Assembly: GCA_001643675.2 (NCBI GenBank)
Contig: LSRY02000051.1
Location: 62,001 to 126,000 of the forward strand
DNA length: 64,000 nt
Direction of reading: 5' to 3'
DNA from: Monocercomonoides exilis PA203
Lineage: Eukaryota; Protista; Preaxostyla
Part shown: one piece after another, positions 1-11,370 of the stretch
Numbering within the stretch: the first letter of the stretch is position 1
Layout: every line of letters begins with the position of its first letter
Translations under genes and position numbers: made by a program
Notes under the pieces: model-generated
What the model saw: only the letters and a program-made list of their open reading frames with translations
Database searches by the model: none
What the model was told of the DNA's origin: nothing

Positions 1-599
1 ATGTTTTTAATGATGGTGATGATGATGACGAATGAAAAGTTGCGTGATATGATGTTGTTGAATTAGAAGAAGAAAAAGAGGAGGAGGAAGAAAAAGAAGG
101 AGGAAGAGGAGGAGGAGTGATGGAGAATAGCAAATTGGATCCAATACTTAAAATAAAGAAGTTGAAAATAACTTGAATGATGTCGATTGATAAAAACATA
201 TCATTCGATGAGTTGATTTCAGATGAAATAGACAATCTTCATCACAAAATATGTGAAAGTCAGTGAGATACAAACTGATGAAGATGGAAGTCCACAAATC
301 ATTGACTGATTATATGTGGTTAACCTACTTTTCCTTCAGAAAAAGGATAATTGAGTTTGTCCGTTGGTGTTCGTTGTTCAAACGAACGAAACGTCTGATG
401 AGGGTATGGGCAAAAAAGAATTCGAAATCGAAGAAGGCGTTGACGATTGAAGAAATTAACTTCAATTGCAAAATTTTCAAATGCAAAAAGAAGAAAATGA
501 AGAATTTCATGATTATGTGATTGACGTATCGATTCTAACGATTAACATTTTTTGTTGAAGTGAGACTGTTGAGAAAGATAAGGAAGGTGAAGATGAGTA

Positions 600-1760
600 T
601 GAAGAAAAATAGAAGATAACAGCTTTTCCAAGTCATGTTGGGCGATAGAAAAAACTGAATGTGTTCTGAATGAGAATGCCCAGCCAGCCCATCAGCTCCG
701 ACAAAAGAGTCGCAACTGCAAAACATATAGAACAAAAATGCCAAATAAACTGCTTCTTCTTTTTTGAGATCATGTCAAGCATTGTCAGGCTATGCATCAT
801 ACAAAATAGATGGCAGAAGTCACATCTGTCATCGTTGAGTGCAATCCAAACAATAGATAACCTCAAAACTCCTGGCTCTTTTGTTAAAAAAACGATAAAA
901 AGGCTTCTTTCTATGGCATTTCTGTTCGTGGCCAATCTTCATTCATTCAAAGAATACCTTTAAAGAAAAATGAATGAAATAAAAAAATCAAACCATCTTT
1001 TTGGCACTGAAATATTTTCCCATCTCCAATGGATTGATAATTATCAACCCAATTAGCTTTCTTGTTCTCCAAAATTGCCTCTTTCTGCATAAAATAACAG
1101 ACAACTGTACAATAAATGGCTTGCAAAGAACGTCATCGAAAGCAGAGAATCCATTGTGAAACCAATCATGAAGTCATGTCAAAGATTATATTCTCCAAAT
1201 GATAAAGTAATGAACTCCTTTTCAAAGACTTATTCAACGTCATATCCTTGCCGACGGAATTCCATCACGTTTCGTGTAAAATGCAAATGCGATTGATATT
1301 GAGGCCTATTGAGTGTCTCGCTCTGCTAGCTTCCTCCATTGTTCAATCCCCCCAATTTCCTTTCCTTTTCCACAAAATAAATCCTGCGCAATAGTTATGC
1401 CAAGTGCACTGCGGTTCCCTCAAAATGAACAAGCGGTGCAATTCAATCATTCTGATATTCTCCTCGCTTTTTTTTCTGCATCTTGCTTAAATTATTTTTC
1501 ATTCAAAATTATGCATCTGGTGTTGCATCATATATTTTGCAATATATAACCAAGTTCAAATTTCATGCAGATATTCTCCACCAACTTCCTTTTTGTAAGT
1601 TATATTGGAAAACAGCCACTCGCTCATCCATCTGTAGACAAAATCCGTGCCCTTCTGCAGTGTTATAACTCGCATAGTTGCATCCGTGGAAGTAAACCTA
1701 AGCAGCTCAAACATGCTCTGGCTGCAGCAAATAATTTATCAAAAATCTTCACTAATAAAA
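600..1760 (-). pseudogene. Degraded hAT-like transposase relic
   Basis: Minus-strand motifs occur in hAT order: ILSTDG* (1644-1624, cf. DGW), QCTWH (1411-1397, CxxH) and ET*WNS (1273-1256, cf. TRWNS). There are stops and frameshifts, no TIRs were found, and the boundaries are approximate. Confidence 0.4.
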
Positions 1761-2098
1761 TTATAGGTTGCAGACCCTTATTTATTTCAACGAAAAAGAA
1801 GAATATTTTGTTTCATAGATTTTCTTTTTTGAGGCAAAAACCATTGATGACAAAAGAGGTTTCGAATCCTGTTTTATTAGATATTTGACGGTGTTTTAAT
1901 TCATTTGATTCAATTGCACAACAATCATGAAAATGAATTTTTTTGTTGTTTTAAATTCAACTTGCTGTTTCGCAGTCTCCTTCAAAAAGACAAATATTTC
2001 TGGGTATGACAGAATTTTTGAAGAAACGAATGGTTTAAAAAATAAATGCTTCTTTTTTCTCTTTTGATTTTTCACTTTTTTTAGAGAAACTGTCACAG

Positions 2099-3427
2099 TT
2101 GGAACAATTAACTGATGCTGAGCAGAAACATAAAATCGAAGAAATGGATGATGTGATGAAGGAAATGAATTATTATGAATTTGAATCAATTTTCAACAAA
2201 GAAATATTCAACAAAATATCCAAAATAATTGAAGAAAAAGGATTATTGATTGAAAATATATTATTGTTGCTGAAACGCATAGGATATTTGAAAGTATTGA
2301 AAGGAATACTTCTTTATGGCTTTGAAAAAATTTCTTTGGGTGAAAGAATTGAGAAGATGATTGCTGAAGAAAATCTAAAGAAAAAAGAGGAAAAGAATGA
2401 AAAGCTGCTGATTGATCTGTGTGAATGCTATCTCTTATTACATGAGAATGACAGAAATTTTTCAGAAAAAACTGTTTCTGTGTGTGTGCCTTGCCTTCTG
2501 GAAGCTGCATTGAAGATGAAAGAAATCTATTGTAATCAAAAAGATGTGGAAATGATTTTTCTATCATTAAGATGCATTGACAAATATTATGTGTGTGAAT
2601 TTCAATTCGTTTTTGATATTATTGATTTCTTTTTCTTATTTTCTAATTAGGAAGTGGAACGCCAACTTTTCTGGAAAAAAATCAAGGAAATTATCCTATA
2701 TCATCAGGAACATCACAATCTAACTCAATTTGAATATCAATCTGCTTGGGAGTTTTTGAAAAACCGATTATACTACGACTACGAAGATCTGGAAAGCTTA
2801 ATTGTGAAGGAACTGCATTTTGCTAGAGAATCATCGAGAGAATTGAAAGAGCTGGCAAAGAGCGTAAATTGGATGAGAGAAAAAGAAGAAGAAAATGAAA
2901 CGAGAAGGAAAGAAGAGAAAGATGTGCTTGTTTTTGAGAGATGGCTCTATGTAATTGATGATTACTTATTATCATGCAAATTGTGGAATGAAGAATCTAC
3001 CGAGCTTTTCTGTAGTGTTGTCCAGATTTGTGGAGCGGCAAAGGAAATTCCTGGAAAAATTTACTACCAATGTCTTCGTTTCTTGAGATGTGTGATGAAA
3101 AACTATGCAATGCCAATAAATTGTTTGCTGAAATGTGAAGCAGTTGATGCATTTTTGGAGGAGATACAGCGGTCAACGTTGAATAACAGAATGATGTATG
3201 AATCTTTGGATTTCTTTTCGCATATATCAATAAGACTGAAAAAGGATGAAGATTATGAAATGGAAGAAGAGGAAAGAAAGGCAACAAAAATGGAGATATT
3301 TGAAAAGATGGAAGAAGAAGGATATGAAGATATCATTGCAAGCTTTCACAAAAGATTGAGTTTTCTTTTCAGAGAATATTGTAGCAGTTTTTCAAAAATA
3401 ATTTCTAATTATTTTGTGTATATCTAA
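2099..3427 (+). CDS. Hypothetical helical protein of a lineage-expanded family (>=2 exons)
   Basis: ORFs 2099-2650 and 2654-3427 are joined by a GT..TAG intron (~2591-2650). A possible short first exon starts at ATG 2006. The motifs EQKHKIEEM, EKLLIDLCECYL, YHQEHHNLT and FEKMEEEGYED resemble a large Monocercomonoides-type family (from recall). Confidence 0.7.
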
Positions 3428-3680
3428 GGAAATGAGTGTTACTTGTTTTGTAACACAAAAATGTTATGATTGATTTCATCAATTAATTACTCAACAAAAC
3501 TGTAAAAATGTTTTGGTTTTAAAACACAAATATATAATAATTTTTTGTATTATATGTAATTTGTCGGACTGTTTTGTAAATGTTGAAAAAAATAAATTAT
3601 TATTAATCTTTTCACGCAAAATTTTATTGTTATCGTTATTGTTAATTTTCACAACATTTCGTAATTCAACAAGCATTCCA

Positions 3681-3682
<2 letters not shown>

Positions 3683-3719
<37 letters not shown>
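3683..3719. repeat. poly-T tract
   Basis: About 37 consecutive T. Confidence 0.9.
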
Positions 3720-4329
3720 CTTTGTGACAGACGAGGCTTCAAGTGATTTGTCAGGTCATGGATGTATACTCTCAATTTCGAACAAAAAATAATAAAAGAA
3801 ATATATGGATTATTCTTTTTGATAGGTCACAAATGTTAAATTTTTGGGTCATATAAAAATATACCTTATTTGATCTTTTTTTTGTATAAAATCAATCAGA
3901 TTTCTCCAACATGCACTTTTTCTCACATCAAATAGGTTTGAAAATTCAAATTCAATATGTTATAAAGTTTTCATTATTTAAAGAAAGAATTTATCAAAAT
4001 GTGTTCAATTTTGTTAAACCCAAAAATTAAACATTTGCGACTTATCAAAAAGAATGACACATATGCTACATATCTATGCAATTTGTAAGTTTTCAACAAT
4101 CGGAAAGCCCTTTCAACAAACCCTAACCCTTAACCCAGAAAAATATGGAAAAGTTATTAAAATTCCAATCGAATGTTCATGATCTTATGAATTTAATGAC
4201 AAAATCTGAAACGGAAAAATATAAAGAAACAATATTACTATTGAATACGATCTTCCATGATAAAGGAGAAACGTAGAATTGGGTTTTCCAACGTTATAAG
4301 TATTTCGCTGATAAGGATTGACTAAAATG

Positions 4330-5270
4330 CAGAAGCAAAAGGAGAATCAGGGAGGAAACTGAAGGTTACAAATATCTTTGGTGTCAAACTTGCAGAAAAA
4401 AAACCTCAATATATAAGAATTCCATATTTTCCAAAATGAAACTTCCGATGAATATAAATTTGCAGACTCTATAGTGCTGTTGGATTGAAATTGGATTTAA
4501 ACAAATATATTTACTTACATGTGTTTATTATCCAACGATCGAATATTGGATAAGCGTTGTTCGAGTTGTTTGAACACAAACGTGGAATGAAACGATTTCA
4601 AAATTAGGATGAACGGGGAAATGCATCGAAATATATGAGGCTGTTTAGAGGAGAAGGAAATATGGAAGAGGAAAAAAAAAGACATGCTGTGGATTTTCTG
4701 TGAAGTTGAGAGGATGGAAGGAGGAGAAGCTTGAACAAATTTTGTTATCATCGTACCAGACAGAAAAAAAGAAACATTGATCCCTATTATTCAAGAAAGG
4801 ATATAAGCAGGCACAACAATTATAAGTGACGAATGGAAAAGCTGCAATTGACTGAAAGATAAAAGATATGTTTATATTCTTGTTTTCCACAAAAGGAACG
4901 ACAAAGACCCAGAAACAGGTGCTTGCACCAATTCCGTTAAAGGGTTGTGGAGTCATTGAAGAGCTTTTTTCACTTAGTAAGGTATTAGAAAAACATTCAA
5001 AATAAATCGCTTGTGCATGTGGCTTGTTCAAAGGAATCTCAATCCAAGTTTTGCTGATATTTTGTAATAAATAACACATTTTGTTCAGTATGTCAAGCCC
5101 TTAATTGTGGAAGAAGAAATTGATTTTTCAGAAAATGAAGAAATTCCTGATACGGATGAAATTCAACATGAGTAGCACGATGCTGAAATTGATGAAGATT
5201 CGTCTGGAATTGATGACGGAGAGGATGCTTTCGATTATTCTGATGAAAAAGCAGAAATCTTCAGTTGTTA
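4330..5270 (+). pseudogene. Merlin (IS1595/IS1016-like) DDE transposase pseudogene
   Basis: Translated fragments read WCQTCRKKTSIYKNSIFSKMKL, GKCIEIYE..RRKYGRG, LWIFCEVER, IVPDRKKETLIPIIQERI*AGTTIISDEW and DPETGACTNSVKGLWS, followed by an acidic tail. There are many stops and the catalytic residues are altered. Confidence 0.85.
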
Positions 5271-7220
5271 AGTTTGAATGAAAATCAATTGATTCGAAAT
5301 TTTTAAAACATATAACGATATCTTCAGATAAATATCATTTCTTCAGAAACACAAATGAAATCAATTGCAACATGAATTATCAAAATTATTAAGTCAAGAT
5401 ATTGTATTTATTTGTCCCGAAAACTTAATACTTATTATATTAATGAGCTTTTAAAAGAAACCAATATTTCCATTAAAGACTGAAAAAGAGAGAAAAGTGA
5501 TAATCACTTTGTGGATAACTTCTTTGTTCAATTCTTCAAAATTCTTCCATAAATATAATCTTTAATAAATGATTCTTCTTCTGTATTCAAGGATAAATCA
5601 CCTGGTTTATCAGATTCTTCATATTCATCAAATAAACATTTGAAAGGTTAAGCCACATTTATGTTTTCAAAGCCAAAAACAATCATCACACACTTTTTTT
5701 CTTGTTATCCAAAAAAAGACCAAAATTTTCGGTGAAAACAAATTCATATGGGTGATTATTTTTGAAATCAAAACTTTTTTCTGGGTGTTGATATTTCAAA
5801 GATTGTTCATCTTTGACAAGAAATATTTCTTTAATTTGAGAAATGTTAAACACATCTTTAATGAGCGAATGTTTAAGATTAATTCATTGAGAAATTATAA
5901 TCAAATGGAAAATAGATTTTTGGTGTTCTTTTATTCATATTCAATGCAAATTTTCGGAAAGAAAATTTCGACAGAAGAAATATGATATCAAAAATTATCA
6001 CCCGATAATGTAGTATTAATGTGAAAAATGCAAAATTGATTGAGATGTCCGTCTTTTTCTTTGTCAAACAATTAAATTTTTTATTATACAATGATCTTTC
6101 TCAACTCAAAAAAAAACTTCATTTTTCTTCAGATAAAAATTGTTAATAACACTACATTCAACATCCATTTAATCACATAAATGGGTAATTATTTTAGAAA
6201 TCTTATTTTTTCTGTAAAAACATTTGGATTGAAATTTTGTTTTGCATATTTGTCAGTGCACATAGAAAAGTAATAACACCGTCTTCAACAAAAATGTCAT
6301 TAATGCATTTAAAACGTAGGCATAGGTGTAACTGTCTACCTTTTGGAATTCTGCGTTTTAATTATTAATTTTTGAATGTTAAAAAAGCAAAAATTATTTT
6401 AAAACTTTTGTATGGACCGATTTTTCGCAAAAATTTTTGTTTCTCGTGAAAAAACATTTTTAAAAAATGACCCATAAATATGAGTTTTTTTCAAAAAAAT
6501 TAATAAAAATTGATAATTTTGAAACAAAAAGTAGATGAAATGTTATTAAATGTTATATTGTCCTATTTTAATAATAAATATTTGAGAAATAAAACATTTT
6601 AAAAATTAAATTAAAAAATTTAAATAATTTGATCAATCCCACAATGAAATATCTAGTTCACAAGAAATTAATTTCAGCTTTCTATCGATAAGAATTGAAC
6701 CCTCGTTTGAGATTATATAACAAATCATTCACATAAATATAGTTTTAAAGTATGTGATGAATGATTATCAATATATCATTCAAATTTTTTTGAATTTTGT
6801 TTATGATTTTTAAGCTGATCAACTTTGTGCAGTAGGAGGACATTCGCATAAAGTCATGGTGACAATGATAAAGAAGCATTGGAAAAACGTTTGTTTGCGT
6901 TCTTTTCAATAATTAACAATATTTTTTCTAATTTTTTGACAGTTCTCAATTAACATTGAATATTTTTTCCTGATATAAGAAGAATGCTGAAGACAAAGCA
7001 TAATTGAGTGAAAAAGATGCATTAAAGCACAGGGAGAGAATGAGATGATTATTTTTGAATAAAGAAAAGAAGCAATTCTGATTTCATATTTTTGAGGATG
7101 AATTTCCGAACGAACAATGCAATAAGGCAGAATTATTTTTTTCTTGAACGTTTCATTATAACATCAATGTTTAGTAAGGTCTAATTTCAATTTGATTTTC
7201 TCGAAGACCATTACGATATT

Positions 7221-9100
7221 TTGAATGAAACAAATGGAGGAGATAATTTCAATTACCCATATGATACGGATCAGATTGGATTTATCATGATTCATCGCAG
7301 TGATTCAATAATTGTGAGCAGTTTGAATGGATCAAACGACAGACAATGTGGAACAAACACACTTCCATGTTATTCAATTGAGCATGGGCTGGTGCATCTG
7401 ACATCTGAATATGTGAGCCAAATATTCATTGTTGAAGAGAGTGTGATTTGTGAAGAGATAAATCTGGAGGAGATGAGTCTGAGTTCGAAGAGCAGAGAGA
7501 TGTGTGAAGTTGAGGTGAAATCGGAGATTGAAAAAACAAAGGATTCTTTGATTTCAACAAGAGAAACAGTCTCGTTGATGAGGGTGATTTTTGTGTTTGA
7601 TTCGAATTACATCTCTTCTCATGAATCGCTAATATCACCAGATAAAGGGATTCTTGAGATAATAAATTGCTCATTTGACTCAAAACAATCTAATGAAAAA
7701 AGAAATATAGAATTAGCAAACATTCCATTTCACATCATTAATACGGCAGAAGGAGAATTACAACTTGATGGATGCACAATATCAAATCTAATTCTTCAAA
7801 AATCTTCAATATATCTATCACCATCACTTCCATCAGTGATTTATTTGTTTGAGATCAGCAATTCAACAGTTTCTCATTCTCTTGTTGAAATTATTGAATA
7901 TGGACAGATTGAAGGTTGAAAATATCACAGTTGAAGGAAATGAAGAATCATTGATATGTTGCCTGTCAATGAAAAAGACAATTCAGTTGACAAATTGCAC
8001 AATAGGCGGAGTCAGTTCAAACAAAGCAAAAGGAAAATTCATGAAAGTGGAGAATTGCACAGATGTGAAAATGGACAGTTGCATTTTTGACGGGAGTTCA
8101 AATGAAAGAAATGAAAAGAATTTGAATGCTGAAGAGGAGATGTGCAAATGGGAAGGATCACTTGTGGATGTTGTGAAGAGTTCTGTGATGATGAAGGATT
8201 CAACAATCTGGAATTCACCAGAAGGTGGAATAACAATGAGTGGAGGAATTGTTTTTATTGAAGCAGGGAATTTTTCAAACAATAATCCCTCAATTGAAGG
8301 ATATCCATCATTGAGAAGAAACATCATCTGTTCAGATTCAGGAACATTGAATGTGAAGAGTTTGAAAGGAGAAGACGGATTGAAGGACAATTCATCACTT
8401 TGGATGTTGAATGAAGGGTGCAGTTTTGAAGGGATTGCTTCTGAGAGGGATTCATCATTTTTCATTCCTGCATTGGAGAGTGTGGAAGCAAAAGAAGAGG
8501 CAGATTGAATGAAATTGATATTCAAATGGATGCCTATTATTCCTTGTGACTTGTCATTCAGAGTTGTGTATAAAACAGGGGATGTGGAGTTGGTCGAGAC
8601 ATATGAATTTGAGGAAGATAGCTTTGTTTCAGAAGCAGAAGTGATTGGAACAATCCCATCAGCAAATATTTCAACGATTGAAGATGAAACAGAGATTTCA
8701 GTGATGATTTTGTTTGGAAAGCAAAGGGTTGCAACTTCTCCGCAGATTCTGAAGAACAAAACACAATCAAAGACTGGAAATGATAAAGTGGTTGAAGGAG
8801 GAAAAGAAGGGAAATCTTATTGGTTGTTTATTGTGATTGTATTGGGAGTATTATTTTTGATTGTTCTGATTGTATCTGTTGTTCTGGCTGTTCGGAGGAA
8901 GAAGGCAAAGAATGAGAACAACGATCTGAGAGAGATTGTGAATGATAACATCAAGAAGGATCCGACGGCATTTGAGATGGTGACGATGGAGATGTCACCA
9001 GAGGCGCAGTGGAGGAGGAGGAGGAGGAGGAGGAGGAGGAGGAGGAGGAGGAAGAAGAAGAAGAAGAAGAAGAAGAAGAAGAAGAAGAAGAAGAAGAGAG
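7221..9100 (+). pseudogene. Truncated, disrupted copy of an expanded type I membrane/surface protein gene (beta-helix-like ectodomain + TM)
   Basis: Three collinear ORFs (7221-7919, 7849-8508, 8509-9201) are separated by a frameshift near 7910 and an in-frame TGA at 8506-8508. There is a TM helix YWLFIVIVLGVLFLIVLIVSVVLAV followed by RRKK. The copy lacks an N-terminus and its C-terminus is replaced by a microsatellite. Confidence 0.8.
9011..9095. repeat. Compound (GGA)n(GAA)n microsatellite
   Basis: Directly visible in the sequence. Confidence 0.95.
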
Positions 9101-10252
9101 AAATGCAGATAAAAAATTTGAAACTTTTTGAAATAGAAATATTGTTTATTCCGTTATTTTGTTATCATTTTTTAATGATGCATTTTCACATTGTTTTTTA
9201 ATCTTTCAAATGAGTGAAGCTCGGAACGGAAAGGCATGTGAATTAAAAGAACACGCTTTTTCCTCGATGAACTGATAAAAAATTTAAAAAGCAAAAGGAA
9301 AAACAAATATGAAATGACTATAATTTTTTTTCAACGAAGTACTTTTTCAGGAGAAACTATTTAAATTCATTCCTTTATTATTAAAAAGAAATAGCAATAT
9401 GAACACAAATAGTGATTGATAATAATCAAATTGAATCTAATTTTGATAATCAGAATGCTGAAAAAAGCACAAAAAGACAAAAATAAAATTTATATAAGAT
9501 AAATGAACATATGAGAAAAAGGCAACATAATACAATACGAACAAAATTGAGGATTTAAAAAATAACATTTTCGAAACTGATACGTTTCTGAAATGAACAA
9601 GAATGATCTTTGATATTCAAAATGAAAATGCCAGACCATTTAAAGCAAATTCAACAGTTCATTCCGATCCAATTATCTGCAATAACATTTTCATAAAGTT
9701 CAAGGAGGATTCGTCTGCATTTGCATAGCCTATCATGCCAAAAAGCCAAAAAATTAATTTCTTGTGAACTAGATATTTCATTGTGGGATTGATCAAATTA
9801 TTTAAATTTTTTAATTTAATTTTTAAAATGTTTTATTTCTCAAATATTTATTATTAAAATAGGACAATATAACATTTAATAACATTTCATCTACTTTTTG
9901 TTTCAAAATTATCAATTTTTATTAATTTTTTTGAAAAAAACTCATATTTATGGGTCATTTTTTAAAAATGTTTTTTCACGAGAAACAAAAATTTTTGCGA
10001 AAAATCGGTCCATACAAAAGTTTTAAAATAATTTTTGCTTTTTTAACATTCAAAAATTAATAATTAAAACGCAGAATTCCAAAAGGTAGACAGTTACACC
10101 TATGCCAAAACGTATGCTTTTTTAAACAATAGCAATTTATAAAATACTGGAAAGATAATATTCAATCCATTGACAAACGAAAATAAAAAATTCGAAATCC
10201 CAAAAAAAGTTATGATTTCAAAAATAATCACCCAAATGAACAAAACTTCTTT

Positions 10253-11007
10253 CACCAAAAATTATTCATAGTCGAAAAACTTTCACTCAAAATCGAAAAT
10301 TTTTCAACAAAAGTCGAAAAACTTTCAATCGAAATCGAAAATTTGAAATAAAAATTAAGAATTAAATAAAGAGAATTCAATTGAAGAACAATATAATTCT
10401 TTAATTATAGTGATAATTATAAGCAATGTTTGTGTTGTTGTTTTCTGAAAATTTTGATGATTTCGAACCTTAATAAACTCAAAAATGAACTCGAAACAAA
10501 ACAAAAACATTTGTTTCCTTCAACAAGAAAGGAGTTTTTTGATATGAAAAACTCGAAATAAGAGAACCAATATTGCGTGCATCTTTCTTCATTAATTATG
10601 TGAAAATATTAATTATATATTTTTTTGTAAATCTATTGAAAAGAAGTGTTCTTTCAAATGAAATAAGATAAAAATATATCAGAATTTCTCTCACATTTCT
10701 TATTTTTGTAATTGGACAAAAGAAGGCAAAGAAAAACATCGGAAAAAAGATGAAAAATCATTAAAACAACAAATATCATTGATATTTCAACAATAAAAAT
10801 GTTTTTTGACTTTAATTGAATTTTGTCAACTCTTTGAAATTTTGAAAAACTTCGAACTTTCGACTTTGCTTGAAAGTTTTTCGATTTCGTTTGCAACTTT
10901 TTCAACTTTAATTGAAACTTTTTCAACTTCGAATGAGAACTTTCGACTTTGAATGAAAGTTTTCCGACTTTGGTTGAAAGTTTTCCGACTTTGAATATTC
11001 TTTGGTG
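10253..11007. mobile_element. CACC-terminated non-autonomous element with subterminal ~21-bp tandem repeats
   Basis: caccaaaaattattcatagtcgaaaaactttc matches the inverse of gaaagttttccgactttgaatattctttggtg. Arrays of AAAGTCGAAAAACTTTCA-like units at 10270-10340 are inverted at ~10850-10995. Confidence 0.7.
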
Positions 11008-11370
11008 TATCTGATTTTTGAAATAAAATTGACATCACGATTTTTTAGTGTGTATATCGTATTGAATATTGCCAATATTTGTTTTGATTGAAGAAATTTT
11101 GAACAGAAAAAATAACAAGTAAAAATAAATTTAAACTTAATCTTTTATAAAGTCATTAACGTGTATCTTTATTATTGTTTAATAAAATAATTCCGTAAAA
11201 CTTAATTAATCCCGATAAAAATTGTTAATAAAGTTGAAGTTAATTTTGAGTGCTCAATTTGAAGGATAGTCCAATGTTCTTCTCTCAAAATAAAGATTAT
11301 CATAGTATTGAATGCATATATTATGAACAAATTATCTTTCTTGAAATATGATTTGATGCATTATCAGTCG

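Larger units (their letters stand above)
6319..10106. mobile_element. Pack-type non-autonomous DNA transposon (Merlin- or MULE-like ends) carrying host gene cargo
   Basis: 356-bp TIRs at 6319-6674 and 9751-10106 are identical by eye and start GGCATAGG. An 8-bp TSD AAAACGTA lies at 6311-6318 and 10107-10114. No recognisable transposase is inside. Confidence 0.93.
5750..10233. mobile_element. GGGTGA-TIR non-autonomous element (~690 bp once the nested insertion is removed)
   Basis: gggtgattatttttgaaatcaaaacttttttctggg (from 5750) is the near-perfect inverse of cccaaaaaaagttatgatttcaaaaataatcaccc (ending 10233). The left flank is AT and the right flank is AA. Confidence 0.7.

Noticed and set aside
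3683-3780. poly-T as the 3' tail of a minus-strand retroposon
   Set aside because: No TSD or recognisable element body was found.
4119-4136. Telomere-like aaccctaacccttaaccc
   Set aside because: Only about three imperfect units, too short to call an interstitial telomere.
7983-8759. 258-aa minus-strand ORF, and similar ones at 57520-58419, 42112-42807 and 12809-13396
   Set aside because: These are antisense shadows of real coding sequence with no independent motifs.
10260-10995. CRISPR-like repeat array
   Set aside because: The units are tandem without unique spacers, the context is eukaryotic, and they are explained as transposon subterminal repeats.
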